Positions 51,368 through 62,263 of a DNA stretch of 64,000 bases are shown here, in pieces (positions within the stretch are counted from its first letter, which is position 1; each line of letters opens with the position of its first letter). The stretch covers positions 128,001 through 192,000 of the forward strand of contig CAVUZH010000005.1 in the NCBI GenBank assembly GCA_963745835.1. Reading direction: 5' to 3'. The notes under the pieces were generated by a model, which worked only from the letters and a program-made list of their open reading frames with translations, did no database searches and was not told the origin of the DNA. A program made the translations under genes and the position numbers. The DNA comes from an uncultured delta proteobacterium. GTDB lineage: Bacteria > Desulfobacterota > Binatia > UBA9968.

Positions 51368-51913
51368 CTAGATCCCGGGCTCCTTCGGCGGCAGCGGCGG
51401 CTTGACGCTGTTTGTAGAAATCTCGTCAACATCCCACAGATTGGAGAACTTCATGGATCGCGGGCAATGGCTGTAGGCTTCATCGACATCAAGCAATAAA
51501 CCTTGCAGGATTTCGGCCTTCTGATCGGGATTTTGCACTTCCAGTTTTACGTCGGCCAACTCGGAGCGTTCGATGACTTTGACTCTGCCGTTTACTCGTA
51601 CGGTCTGGTTCAGACCAGGGATGAAAAAAACCAGCCCGGCTTTCGGGTTACTGTCGATATTTACATAGCCATGGAATAGCTTGTTTCCCGCCACGTCGGG
51701 AATGAATAGCTGCTTGTCATTGAGCACTTTGACAAAACCCGGCATGCCGCCTTTGGGCGAGGCGTCGCAATCGCCGTCGGCGTTGCTGGTTGCCAGAACA
51801 CAGAATGGCGACTTACTGATGAACTCCTGAATCCATGGAGCCATTTGAGACCTCACTTTGCCGGCGGTGCGCTCAATTGGATAGCCAAACTTTTCTTGGT
51901 AGCTGTTTTTCAT
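51368..51913 (-). CDS. Pyridoxamine 5'-phosphate oxidase-like FMN-binding protein
   Basis: DASPKGG, IPDVAGN, RVNGR and HCPRS motifs. Confidence 0.88.
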   Translation of the reverse strand: MKNSYQEKFGYPIERTAGKVRSQMAPWIQEFISKSPFCVLATSNADGDCDASPKGGMPGFVKVLNDKQLFIPDVAGNKLFHGYVNIDSNPKAGLVFFIPGLNQTVRVNGRVKVIERSELADVKLEVQNPDQKAEILQGLLLDVDEAYSHCPRSMKFSNLWDVDEISTNSVKPPLPPKEPGI

Positions 51914-51935
51914 ATAGATACTTCCGATTAACTTT

Positions 51936-53075
51936 CTAATGGTTTTTCGCTGTGTCTGCAGCTTCGTTGGGCAAGCCTGTTTTTAGATCGGCATGCAAAA
52001 GCCTGTGAAAGAGATGTTCGCCCGCTTCGCGCCGCACCGACAACCGGCCGGTCGAATATATGCGGGATGAAAGGCCGCGCTGCACGGATTCGCAGATCGC
52101 CACGTCTTCGTCTTGAATTCGCTCGCTCAGCGCAATGCTGGCAAGATTCTTCTCTCGGGCTTTGGCTGACACGTCGGTGAAATAATAGTCGAAGATGACT
52201 TCGGTTCTATCGGTGCCGTGCGGCACGACTAGGTTCGTGTCCATCACGCCTTCATACCAATTGATCATGAAGTTGGGATAGATCCAGTAGTAGAGAGCTT
52301 GTCCCTTGCGAGCTTGTGATGTCTGAGCATCGGCTTTCCCACTGACGATTGGACTCGATTGGAGACAGAAGCGATCGCCGCTTTCGATCGTGTACGCGCT
52401 GTAATCGAGAACGCTGTCCAAGGCGCCGTGAATGTGCGGCACGTGATAGCCGCCATCGAGATAGTTATCGATAAAGACTTTCCAATTGCATCTGACGGTA
52501 TAAGAGCGGCGCTCGAACCAAGAAAGTTGCTCAAGCTTCAATCTTTGAATTTGTCGAGTAAGATCTTCGCCGAGGAACTCTTCAAGTGCCGGACTGTTCG
52601 AGACGAGTTTTACGAAGACCCAGCCTTGCCAGATTGCCGTTTGGACGGGCGCCAGTCCGTTGTCTGATTTATCGAAATTGCATACGCCGCCGAACTCCGG
52701 TGTCACGACCAGCGCCCCCTCCAGGTTATAGGTCCACCCATGATAAGGACAGCGAAGATGCTCGGCGCGTCCTTGAGGCTCAGGCATCACTGCGGCGGCA
52801 TGGTGGCGGCAGACATTGTAGAATCCTCGTACAACACCGTCATGGCCTGTCACGAGCAACATCGGTTCGCCGGCAACGTCGCACGTAATGTATCGGCCCG
52901 GTTCGCGAAATTGCTCGGCGCGGCCGACCATTTGCCAGGACAGGGAGAAGACGGTCCGCTGCTCCAATTCGAGAACGCGTGGATCTGAGTACCAGAAACG
53001 AGGTGGCGTAGAAGCTTCGCTCAGCAGTAAATTGGGATCGTAGCTCTCGATGAGCTGCTTTAAAGAAGTTGCCAC
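51936..53075 (-). CDS. Rieske aromatic ring-hydroxylating oxygenase alpha subunit (choline monooxygenase-like)
   Basis: CRHH...CPYHGW Rieske motif; NWK..DNYLDGGYHVPHIH. Confidence 0.9.
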   Translation of the reverse strand: MATSLKQLIESYDPNLLLSEASTPPRFWYSDPRVLELEQRTVFSLSWQMVGRAEQFREPGRYITCDVAGEPMLLVTGHDGVVRGFYNVCRHHAAAVMPEPQGRAEHLRCPYHGWTYNLEGALVVTPEFGGVCNFDKSDNGLAPVQTAIWQGWVFVKLVSNSPALEEFLGEDLTRQIQRLKLEQLSWFERRSYTVRCNWKVFIDNYLDGGYHVPHIHGALDSVLDYSAYTIESGDRFCLQSSPIVSGKADAQTSQARKGQALYYWIYPNFMINWYEGVMDTNLVVPHGTDRTEVIFDYYFTDVSAKAREKNLASIALSERIQDEDVAICESVQRGLSSRIYSTGRLSVRREAGEHLFHRLLHADLKTGLPNEAADTAKNH

Positions 53076-53233
53076 ATTGAGCAGAGATTGTGCCTCATAG
53101 GGCGACTCATCGTTGGAAATACCTTAGATCCCGGTATGCTTCCGGTCTGCAATTTCGCGTTCGACTCAGCGAACTCACTTTAGAGCAGCGCTGCGACCGA
53201 AATCCCTTTGAATGTGTCCCGGCTTGGCTGAAC

Positions 53234-54046
53234 TCAGTCTGTCAAATCCAGCAATACTCCATCGGGATCAGAGATGGCGTGCTTACACAGCTTGCAGCCT
53301 TCCAAGTTTTTCTCGCGCACTTCGCCGTCCCGGCCGATGGCGATTTTTCTTGCGCCCGCTTTGGGCTCGTCAGCGGCGAGCGCTTCAAGATCTTTTTTAG
53401 TTTTGTCCAGGTCGTCAACCTTAAAACCAAAATGATCCAGGCCGGCCATCAAACCTCGATAAGCCACCATGTCCCATGGGCGAATTGCCAAACTCACTTT
53501 GCCGTCGCTCAAATAGTAGCTGTTATCGCTGGACATGCCTTCCACTGGCCTCAAGTCGAAAACCTTTTGGTAGTACTCGGCAATATAAGCGGGCCGGCCG
53601 CTGCGGATGCACACATGATTGATCCAGCGCGGTTGTTCCCAGCCGAATTCGACATAACCTTCGCGAACGTTGTCCATGCCTTTCTGCGAGAGATCGAATT
53701 GATTGCCGTCGGGGTCATGACTTCGCAAGCCGGCGAAGGGGACATGGCTCTGGCTTTGCGCTATGTAGACATCGGGGTAGTGCTGCTTTAGACGGTCACG
53801 CACTAACGGCACATCGTCTACCGCGAAGCCGAAGTGATCGAGGCCGGATCGGAATCCAGGTTGGCGCTGCAACAAAGCCAAGCCGATGACGCCATCGCTT
53901 AGATGCCCCCGGTCCTTATTGTAAGTGCCGGTTTCATCGGTCATGCCGTTGGTAATCTTCTTCATGCCGAAAATCGTCTGGTAGAATTTCGCCATCCGAT
54001 CCCAATTCTCAGTCATCACAGCAATGTGTCTGATGCTTGCAAACAT
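53234..54046 (-). CDS. VOC family protein (two domains)
   Basis: IRHIAV, LDHFGF twice, DPDGN. Confidence 0.85.
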   Translation of the reverse strand: MFASIRHIAVMTENWDRMAKFYQTIFGMKKITNGMTDETGTYNKDRGHLSDGVIGLALLQRQPGFRSGLDHFGFAVDDVPLVRDRLKQHYPDVYIAQSQSHVPFAGLRSHDPDGNQFDLSQKGMDNVREGYVEFGWEQPRWINHVCIRSGRPAYIAEYYQKVFDLRPVEGMSSDNSYYLSDGKVSLAIRPWDMVAYRGLMAGLDHFGFKVDDLDKTKKDLEALAADEPKAGARKIAIGRDGEVREKNLEGCKLCKHAISDPDGVLLDLTD

Positions 54047-54256
54047 GATCACGGCCCTCCTAATTGAGCGATTCTTCTCAAACCTGGGAGCGCCTGTCAA
54101 CCATTCGCATCCTTTGAAACCGCGGAGGCACAAAGTACATATAGATATTCCGAAACTCTCCGACTCAGCGTTCTCTGGATCCGTGCGGTGAATCAATCAG
54201 TGTTGACTTCTCGGAACCGGCAAGGATAGAAACATCACTGTGATTGAGGAAGCGTA

Positions 54257-55123
54257 ATGACGATCCGCTCATTTGAATTATTGCAACCGCGCTCGGTTGA
54301 TGAAGCCGTCAAACTGCTGGCCAAGCACGGCGATGAGGCCCGGCCCATAGGTGGCGGCACAACTTTAATCATCTTGATGAAGCAACGGGCGCTGCACTAT
54401 CCGTATCTCGTCGATCTACAGTCAGTCCCGGGACTAGATCAAATATTCAGAGAAAGCAATGGCGTGCGCATCGGCGCCTTGGCGACGCATCGCAGTGTGG
54501 AGCTCTCACCGCTGATTCGCCAGGAGTTCCCTGCGGTTGCGGAGGCGTTCAGCAAAATCGGCAATGTCCGGGTCAGGCAAACCGCATCAGTGGGCGGCAA
54601 TCTCGCTCATGCCGATTACCGTCTCGATCCACCGCCGCCGCTGCTGGTTCTCGGCACGGTGGTCAACGCCGTGGGACCTAACGGCTCGAGAAGCATACCT
54701 ATCAAAGATTTCTTTCGTGGCCTCTACGAAACCGCATTGGAACCCGGCGAGCTTATCGTCGATGTAAACATTCCTTTCATGCCGCCGGATAGCAAAGCGG
54801 TTTATCTCAGATACAGCTCGCTGTCCGGCAACGATTGGCCTTGTTTGGGAGTTGCGGCGCTGGCAATCCGACAAGACGGCCGTTTTCAGGAGCTCAGATT
54901 GGCGTTAGGCGGCGTTGCTGCGACACCGCTGCTCATCGAAGGATTGGATCTAGTAAAAGGTCAGTCAGTCGATGACAGCGTCATGGACAAGTTGCTCGAC
55001 GTTGTCGACGAGCAAATATCGCCTTCGTCAGACCTGCGCGGTTCCGAGTGGTACAAGCGCAAGATGGTTCGTGTGTTTGTCAAAAAGGCGATCCTGCAAT
55101 TAAGCGATCGCGTCTCTGTTTGA
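54257..55123 (+). CDS. Xanthine dehydrogenase family FAD-binding subunit (CoxM/CutM-like)
   Basis: GGGTTL, SVGGNLAHAD and DLRGS motifs. Confidence 0.9.
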   Translation: MTIRSFELLQPRSVDEAVKLLAKHGDEARPIGGGTTLIILMKQRALHYPYLVDLQSVPGLDQIFRESNGVRIGALATHRSVELSPLIRQEFPAVAEAFSKIGNVRVRQTASVGGNLAHADYRLDPPPPLLVLGTVVNAVGPNGSRSIPIKDFFRGLYETALEPGELIVDVNIPFMPPDSKAVYLRYSSLSGNDWPCLGVAALAIRQDGRFQELRLALGGVAATPLLIEGLDLVKGQSVDDSVMDKLLDVVDEQISPSSDLRGSEWYKRKMVRVFVKKAILQLSDRVSV

Positions 55124-55133
55124 AGGTGACTCA

Positions 55134-57461
55134 ATGGCGAATTTCGCAGTCGTAGGCCAATCAGTATTCCGCAAAGATGCAAGTCAAAAGGTGACCGGGC
55201 AAGTATTGCATGTCGGCAACATCGAAATGCCGGGCATGCTGCATGTGGCGGTTTTGCGCAGTCCGTATGCGCATGCGCGCATCACGCGCATCGACAAAAC
55301 CAAAGCCGAGGCAGTCAAAGGCGTGGCCGTCGTTCTGACCGGCGCCGATGTCGCCAGGATGCCGGGTGTCGATCCGCATTTTGGCCCGGCTTTTCGGGAT
55401 CAACCGATTCTCGCGGTCGAAAAGGTTTGTTACATCGGCGATCCGGTTGTGGCGGTTGCGGCGCAGGACCGGCGCACCGCGGAAGACGCCCTGGAGCTGG
55501 TCGAGGTCGAATATGAGCCGCTTCCGGCCGTGCTGGATGTTCTAGAGGCGGTTAAAGCCGGCTCACCGCTGGTGCACGAGCAGCACCGACCGGCGAAGGC
55601 TTTTGCCGATCTCGCCCATGTAAAATCCGGCAAGCAATCGAACATCTGCTATCACTTCAAATTAAGAACCGGAGATGTCGAAAAAGCCTTTGCCGAAGCG
55701 GACCGGGTATTTGAAGATACTTTTAGCTCGCCGCCGGCGCAGCACATGCCGATGGAGCCGCACGTCACGCTTGTTTATTTAGACGAGGGGCAGCGCATCA
55801 ATATCTGGACCGCCAGCCAGACGCCGTCGTATGTGCGCACTGAAATCTCCACTACATTCGGCGTTCCGATGAATCGGATTCGCGTGCGAATCCCCTACCT
55901 CGGCGGCGGTTACGGCGCCAAGCTTTACGCTAAATTGGAGCCGCTGGTCACCGCACTGGCGCTCGTCACCAAGAAGCCGGTTCGTTACGCTTTGACCCGG
56001 GAAGAAGAATTTCTGACGATCACCAAGCACAAAGTGATCACCAAAATTAAGAGCGCCATCAAAGACGGTGTGATCACGGCGCGCAAATGCGAAGTCTTCT
56101 GGGACACCGGCGCATACGCCGAGATCGGCCCGCGGGTCGTGCACAAATCGGGCTATACCTCGGCCGGGCCCTACCGGATTCCCAACGTCTGGATCGATTC
56201 GTATTGCGTGTACACCAATCACGTGCCCGCCGGCGCGTTTCGCGGTTTTGGCGTGCCGCAGGTGATTTGGGCTTACGATTCGCAAACCGACATGATCGCG
56301 CGCGCCATCGGCGCCGATCCGGTGGAGTTTCGCCTGCAACAAGCGTTGAATGAAGGCGAGGCCTTCGCCACTGGAACGCCGGTGAAATCCTTTGGCATCA
56401 AGCAGGCAGTGCGCGAAGCGGCCAACGCCATCGAATGGTCCAAACCCAAACTCAAACAATCCGGCGTCAAGCTGCGCGGTAAAGGCATCGCCGCCGGCGT
56501 CAAAGCTGTGCTCACACCTTCGATCTCCGGCGCCATCGTCATTATGAACGCCGACGGCACAGTAAACGTGCTCAGCAGCACCGTGGAGATGGGGCAGGGC
56601 TCGGAGACGATGATGGGCCAGATTGTCGCCGAAGAGCTTGGTGTTTCATTCGACCAGGTGCATGTCGTGCAACCCGATACCGATATCACTCCGTACGATA
56701 CCATCACTGCGGGCAGTCGCTCGACTTACCATATGGGTAATGCCGTTCGCATGGCTGCCGGCAAGGTCAAAGCCGAACTGTTTCAAGTCGTCTCGAAAAA
56801 ATTGGAAGTGAATGCCGACGACCTGGCGGCCGGTGGCGGGCGCATCTTCGTGCGCGGCACGGAGGAGCGGGGCATGACGATCAGCGAGGCGTTTCTCGCC
56901 AAGTTCGGCAGCCTGGGCACGACACTCACCGGCGAGGCGATCTGCCAACCCGAGGCGATTCCCATGGACCCGGAAACCGGGCAGTCGGAGAAATGCACCG
57001 AGTACTGGTTTCCCTCGGCGACCTCGGCTGAGGTCGAGGTCGATACCGAGACCGGCCGCGTCAAAATTCTTCAATTCTTTAGCGTCGGCGATACCGGCAC
57101 TGCGATCAATCCGAAGCACTGCGAGCAGCAACTGCTCGGCTCGGCGATCACCCACTTGGGCTTGACACTTTTCGAAGAGATGATTTTCGACGAAGGACAG
57201 CTGGTGAACGGTTCTTTGCTCGATTACCAGGTCGCTTCTTTCAAGGACCTGCCGGAATCTTTTCAGCCGATTATCGTCGAGGTGCCGCACGAAACCGGTC
57301 CGTTCGGCGCCAAAGGCGTCGGCGAAACCGGCACCTTGACGGTCTCGTCGGCTGTCGCCAACGCCATTGAGGATGCGGTCGGCGTTCGCATTCGCGATCT
57401 GCCGATCACGCCGGAAAAAGTTTTGCGCGCGCTTTCTCAGCGGCAAGCCAATCGAGGGTAG
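55134..57461 (+). CDS. Xanthine dehydrogenase family molybdopterin-binding subunit
   Basis: GGGYGAK, AFRGFG, EMGQG and GAKGVGE motifs. Confidence 0.92.
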   Translation: MANFAVVGQSVFRKDASQKVTGQVLHVGNIEMPGMLHVAVLRSPYAHARITRIDKTKAEAVKGVAVVLTGADVARMPGVDPHFGPAFRDQPILAVEKVCYIGDPVVAVAAQDRRTAEDALELVEVEYEPLPAVLDVLEAVKAGSPLVHEQHRPAKAFADLAHVKSGKQSNICYHFKLRTGDVEKAFAEADRVFEDTFSSPPAQHMPMEPHVTLVYLDEGQRINIWTASQTPSYVRTEISTTFGVPMNRIRVRIPYLGGGYGAKLYAKLEPLVTALALVTKKPVRYALTREEEFLTITKHKVITKIKSAIKDGVITARKCEVFWDTGAYAEIGPRVVHKSGYTSAGPYRIPNVWIDSYCVYTNHVPAGAFRGFGVPQVIWAYDSQTDMIARAIGADPVEFRLQQALNEGEAFATGTPVKSFGIKQAVREAANAIEWSKPKLKQSGVKLRGKGIAAGVKAVLTPSISGAIVIMNADGTVNVLSSTVEMGQGSETMMGQIVAEELGVSFDQVHVVQPDTDITPYDTITAGSRSTYHMGNAVRMAAGKVKAELFQVVSKKLEVNADDLAAGGGRIFVRGTEERGMTISEAFLAKFGSLGTTLTGEAICQPEAIPMDPETGQSEKCTEYWFPSATSAEVEVDTETGRVKILQFFSVGDTGTAINPKHCEQQLLGSAITHLGLTLFEEMIFDEGQLVNGSLLDYQVASFKDLPESFQPIIVEVPHETGPFGAKGVGETGTLTVSSAVANAIEDAVGVRIRDLPITPEKVLRALSQRQANRG

Positions 57462-57466
57462 ATCGA

Positions 57467-57952
57467 ATGACACGCGAAATTAGTCTCCGCCTCAACGGCC
57501 GCGAGGAAAAGTTTACCATCGACGACGCCGATACTTTGCTCGAGGTGCTGCGCGATCGCTTCAAATTGTGGAGCGTGCGGGAAGGCTGCGGCGTTGGCGC
57601 TTGCGGCACCTGCACCGTGTTGCTCGACGGTAAACCGGTCAGTTCGTGCTTCCTGTTGGCGGCGCGCGCCGCGGACCATGAGATCGTCACCCTCGAAGGC
57701 CTCGGCGACGGCGGGACACTCCATTACATCCAAGAGGCATTCGTCAGCCAGAGAGCTTTACAGTGCGCCTACTGCACTCCCGGTTTCGTTCTTTCGGTCA
57801 AAGCGATGCTCGATGAGATTGCCAATCCTTCGGATGACGATATTCGCGAATACCTGTCGGGTAACCTGTGCCGCTGCGCCGGCTACGCCGATATCCTACG
57901 GGCCGTCCGCGTCGCGCAAGACAAAAAAAAGAGCCTCAGCACTAGCCCTTGA
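57467..57952 (+). CDS. (2Fe-2S)-binding subunit (CoxS/CutS-like)
   Basis: GCGVGACGTC, QCAYC and NLCRC motifs. Confidence 0.92.
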   Translation: MTREISLRLNGREEKFTIDDADTLLEVLRDRFKLWSVREGCGVGACGTCTVLLDGKPVSSCFLLAARAADHEIVTLEGLGDGGTLHYIQEAFVSQRALQCAYCTPGFVLSVKAMLDEIANPSDDDIREYLSGNLCRCAGYADILRAVRVAQDKKKSLSTSP

Positions 57953-58170
57953 TCTGCTACGAGACTGTTTCCGGCAGATTCGCCTAAATAATATGTACAC
58001 TGCTGCGGCGACAAATTTGTCCCCATTTGTTGTAATTTGTCCATTTCAGACCGGAGACGGTTAAAAGCCGTCGCGCAACTCGCCGATCTTATGTAACAAA
58101 CTGAATGGATGATACAAAACAAGCCGTTATAGAACATGGCATATAATGTGCACCCATAAGGAAAGAGCTT

Positions 58171-60063
58171 ATGGAGATTGCACAAACGATCAAATCCGCT
58201 GCGTTCTTGCCCAACCTTCATAATCTCGACCAATTGTTCGAAACCCCGCAGAAGAAGACTGTCGTTCAACTGCGCTGGCCGCTGGTCATTCTCTCTTGCT
58301 ACCTTCTACTCTATTCGCCGGGCGATTGGCTTTACGGATCGCAAATTCAGGCGATTGTAGTCTTCTATCTACTCACCAATGTGACGCTATATTTCGTTGC
58401 TGAGGAATACTTCAACTGGCCGCGGTTTTATGGCCCGCTGCTGCTATTCGATACTTTCTTCCTTGCGCTTACGCTGGGACTGAGTGGCGGAACCACCCCT
58501 GACCTGGTCGTCGCTTGCCTTGTCACCTTAATACTCAGTTGCGTTTGCAACGACCCGCGCGGTTTATTACTCATCACGTTTTTGGCTCCTGTGGTTTACG
58601 GATACGTTGTGCTTGGCGGGTCGATGACCGACGATCCCAGTATTTATTTGCGTTTGCCGATGCCGCTGGTGATCTCGATCTTTTACGGTTACTTCGCCCA
58701 GGTAGAGCGGCAGAAACAGGTTGCCATCGACAAAGAGCAACGAGCCGAGAAAGAGCGTAAGACCGCCGAAGAACTCCGAATACAGGGCGCGCGCCTCGAG
58801 GTACTTCATCAAACCAATCCGGCGCTCATCCGCGATGTAGGATTAGGCAAGATTCTCGATGAAGCTTTACAAACGGCACTGAGTCGTTTGCCCTATGCGG
58901 CGGCCGTGGTCACGCTGCGAAATCCTGAAACGGGCATACTCCGAACAGCGGCCAGCAAAGGTTTTCTCCATCGAAAATCAGATGCGCTGGTCAATTCATT
59001 CTCATCTGTCGACGCGGTTATAAAAAAAGAGACCACGCTAGCTATAAGAAATATCTATGAAGACCCGCGCGTTCAGGATGCCGGCCCTTTAAGCGATGAG
59101 CGCGTGGTTGCGTTTCTCGGGACGCCGCTGCGCGCCAAAGGCGGGGTTTTCGGCAGCTTAGCGTTTTTCACACGCTGGCAGTACGATTTCACCACGGAGG
59201 AACGGGAGTTTGCTGCGACATTAGCGGGCCACTTGGCAATGGCCATCGAGCAGACTCGCTTGCACGAGCAAATCGAGCGCCAGGCCAACGAATTACGCGA
59301 TGCCAATAAACTTAAGGACGAATTCTTGGGCGTTGCTTCGCATCAGTTGAAAAGCCCGCTCAACATTCTGGCGAGAAATACCAACATGTTGATCGAAAGG
59401 ACGCTTGGCGATATCAGTCCGATTCAGGAGAAATCTCTCGAAATGATGATGCGTCAGTGTAAAGAACTTCATGCGGTAATAACCAGCATGTTGCAGGTCA
59501 ACTTCATCGAATCGAATCTGGTCGAGCCGGAGCTGCACGAAACCAACTTGTGGGAGTTTCTTTACGACCTGAGATTGTCCTATGATTCTCAGTTGACAAA
59601 AGACATCAAATTGATCTGGGAGTTTTCTCCCGACTTGCCGCTACTCGAGGCCGATCGCGGCAAGTTAAAGCTGATTCTGCAACACGTCATCGACAACGCC
59701 GTCAAATTCACCGAGCATGGCTATGTCAGGGTTTCAGCGCACTACCTGACCCACCGAAAGGTGATGGAATTCGAAGTCTCGGATACCGGTATCGGGATTC
59801 CCGCCGACGAGCTGCCCATGATCTTTGAAAAATTCAGCCGACTCGAGAGTTCAGAATCCGAAAAATACAGCGGCGCTGGTTTGGGGCTCTATATCGTCAA
59901 GCGGATCGTGCACCTGCTCGATGGGAACATTGACGTGCAAAGTAAAGTAGGGCAGGGATCGACAGTGACTATTCGCATTCCGGCGCGGCGACGAAAGATG
60001 CCGCCGATGCACGAGCAATTGGCTTTTGCGATGGAAGAAGGTTCCGGAAGCGGACTGGTCTGA
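58171..60063 (+). CDS. Membrane sensor histidine kinase with GAF domain
   Basis: N-terminal TMs; GAF; SHQLKSPL H-box; NAVKF, DTGIG and GAGLGL boxes. Confidence 0.9.
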   Translation: MEIAQTIKSAAFLPNLHNLDQLFETPQKKTVVQLRWPLVILSCYLLLYSPGDWLYGSQIQAIVVFYLLTNVTLYFVAEEYFNWPRFYGPLLLFDTFFLALTLGLSGGTTPDLVVACLVTLILSCVCNDPRGLLLITFLAPVVYGYVVLGGSMTDDPSIYLRLPMPLVISIFYGYFAQVERQKQVAIDKEQRAEKERKTAEELRIQGARLEVLHQTNPALIRDVGLGKILDEALQTALSRLPYAAAVVTLRNPETGILRTAASKGFLHRKSDALVNSFSSVDAVIKKETTLAIRNIYEDPRVQDAGPLSDERVVAFLGTPLRAKGGVFGSLAFFTRWQYDFTTEEREFAATLAGHLAMAIEQTRLHEQIERQANELRDANKLKDEFLGVASHQLKSPLNILARNTNMLIERTLGDISPIQEKSLEMMMRQCKELHAVITSMLQVNFIESNLVEPELHETNLWEFLYDLRLSYDSQLTKDIKLIWEFSPDLPLLEADRGKLKLILQHVIDNAVKFTEHGYVRVSAHYLTHRKVMEFEVSDTGIGIPADELPMIFEKFSRLESSESEKYSGAGLGLYIVKRIVHLLDGNIDVQSKVGQGSTVTIRIPARRRKMPPMHEQLAFAMEEGSGSGLV

Positions 60064-60090
60064 GTCGGTGTCAATGCGGAAGGCGAGCGC

Positions 60091-60918
60091 TTACTGAGGA
60101 ACGTCCGAGAGCGCGCGGTTTTCGCGCCGCAAATACATCCTCACCCAAATGTCATACAAGTTGTCCGGTCGAAAAACTTCGATCTCTCGTTTTCCCTGTG
60201 CGGTTTCAATTACCACGCAAATCGAAATGTCACGCCATGAAATCGCCAGCAACCGCTGATTTCGCTGGTAAGCCAAAGAGCCGATGGTCCTGAGCAGCTG
60301 CGATAAGCTGTGCCCATTGGCAAAACCACTCCTCGGATCGCGGTGAATTCTCGCGGCCAAGTCCATGCGCGCAAGATCGTCTAGAGAGTATTCGAATCGC
60401 GCATGGCCGCCCGGCTGGCGGCTCTGATAGCCGTCGGGCGCCTGATGCCTTAGACCCCACCAGTTCTCGAGTCGATTGCTAAAGTTGAAAAGCGATCGGT
60501 TCGGCCATGTCACGGTACTGGCGCGGGTCCAAACTGCGTACCGATCTCCGCGACATTGCAGGTTGAAACTATCGATCCCCTCCTGTTGCAGGTGCTGGCC
60601 GATGGCGCGCAGGTGACGGCTATAGGTTTCCGGGGGAATGATGCGGTTGTTGGTCCCCGGGCCGAGGCTTGACGGGTCGTCGCGCGAGTCCGACCGCCGG
60701 TCGTCTGGAAAACTATTCGCAAGCTTTAGCCGGCGTCGTCCCAATTTGGCTGTGGCTCGTCGGAAACCATTCATGACAGTATGAATGGGAAGTCGATAGC
60801 TGCAGTTCAAGCAGAAACTAATGACGCCGACTTCTTTGTCGCTGGCAGGCATTTTCGTGACGGAAAATCCTAAGAAGAAGCGACAGTTGGGACAGATCCG
60901 CGCGCGGTATTTAGCCAT
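60091..60918 (-). CDS. Hypothetical protein with N-terminal CxxC...CxxC zinc ribbon
   Basis: CPNC and CLNC; internal repeat LRAIGQ / LRTIGS. Confidence 0.7.
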   Translation of the reverse strand: MAKYRARICPNCRFFLGFSVTKMPASDKEVGVISFCLNCSYRLPIHTVMNGFRRATAKLGRRRLKLANSFPDDRRSDSRDDPSSLGPGTNNRIIPPETYSRHLRAIGQHLQQEGIDSFNLQCRGDRYAVWTRASTVTWPNRSLFNFSNRLENWWGLRHQAPDGYQSRQPGGHARFEYSLDDLARMDLAARIHRDPRSGFANGHSLSQLLRTIGSLAYQRNQRLLAISWRDISICVVIETAQGKREIEVFRPDNLYDIWVRMYLRRENRALSDVPQ

Positions 60919-61177
60919 AGTCGACGTCCATTGGCCGCTTCATTATTCCTAACCAGTCGCGATGTCAAGGACGCATGCGGCTAATCGCGAGCCGGCGCCG
61001 AATTGAACATTTTCCCCGCATAGAACTGCCGTCGAAGGTAGTTGGTTTCTTCTTTTGACGATCTGTTAAAATTATGAACAGGTGCAAAATCTAGATTGCC
61101 GCAGCCGAAGCCCGTCTATTTTCGCCGGCTAGTTATCTGTGTTAAAAAACGACTCAAGAAATAAAAAGTTGGAGGCC

Positions 61178-62263
61178 ATGATGGCAGAAAATATTAGCGT
61201 GTTTGATTGTGACGGTCACATCATCGAGTCGATTCCGGAAATGGTGCCATTTCTTGATCCGATAGATCGCGACATCGCCTTGAAACCGACGCGCAACCGG
61301 CAGGGAGTATTCGCCGGTCTGGACGCGATTCACTATCCGCGCAACATCCAAAAGAGCGGCGAGGTTGAAGAGCCGCGGCGGCGGCGCATCGATGCCAGCG
61401 ATCATCGCAAAGGCTCAGGCGAGGATTGGGTAGAGTTTCTCAACAAAGCCGGTGTTACCGAGTCGGTATTGTTTCCTTCCGAAGGCCTTTCGGTGGGATT
61501 TTTTCAACAAACGGACTATGCCGTGCGAATCTGCCGCGCCTTCAACGATTATGTTTCGGAACGCTATCGAAAAGTCGATCCGCGGCTCTATCCGATGGGC
61601 TTGATCGCGATGCAGGATGTCAAACAAGCAGTGAAAGAGTTGCGTCGTTTAGTGCTTGACCTGAAGCTTCCCGGAGCGATGTTGCCGTCGCGCGGCTTGC
61701 CGCTTCATCTCGGTCACGATTACTATTGGCCGGTGTACGAGGAGGCGGCTAATCTTGGTTGTGCCCTGGGCATTCATGGCGGCTCGAGCCTTGGGCTGGG
61801 CGCCGACAGCTTTACCGATGCCTGGGCTGCGCGGACGTTGCGCCATCCGGTGCCGCTAGCGCTGGAGTTTGTTTCTCTGGTTTATCACGGCGTCTTCGAT
61901 CGCTATCGCGATCTGCGCGTCGGCTTTTTCGAAGGTGGCTGCGCCTGGATTCTTCTTCTTAAAGACCGGATGGACCGGGACGAGAGCATTTACACGACCA
62001 GCACCGGCAAACAGCGCAGCCTCAACGATTACCTTTCGAGCGGTCAAATCCTGATCGGTTGCGAAGGCAACGAGTCGATCTTGCCCTATGTCATCCAGCA
62101 GGTGGGTTACCAATGTTTTTCGTATGCGTCGGATTATCCTCATGAAGTCGATTTGGTTGCAGCCAAGCAGATGATTCACGAAACCGTGGAACGCACCGAT
62201 CTGACCTACGCGCAAAAGGCCGGCGTGTTGGGGGAGAATGCCAAACAATTTTTCCGGCTCTAA
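61178..62263 (+). CDS. Amidohydrolase family protein
   Basis: FDCDGH, GIHGG and ASDYPHE motifs; GGAGG RBS. Confidence 0.9.
   Translation: MMAENISVFDCDGHIIESIPEMVPFLDPIDRDIALKPTRNRQGVFAGLDAIHYPRNIQKSGEVEEPRRRRIDASDHRKGSGEDWVEFLNKAGVTESVLFPSEGLSVGFFQQTDYAVRICRAFNDYVSERYRKVDPRLYPMGLIAMQDVKQAVKELRRLVLDLKLPGAMLPSRGLPLHLGHDYYWPVYEEAANLGCALGIHGGSSLGLGADSFTDAWAARTLRHPVPLALEFVSLVYHGVFDRYRDLRVGFFEGGCAWILLLKDRMDRDESIYTTSTGKQRSLNDYLSSGQILIGCEGNESILPYVIQQVGYQCFSYASDYPHEVDLVAAKQMIHETVERTDLTYAQKAGVLGENAKQFFRL

Noticed and set aside
55134-57461. Aerobic CO dehydrogenase (coxL)
   Set aside because: Active-site loop is AFRGFG, not AYxCSFR (form I) or AYRGAGR (form II).
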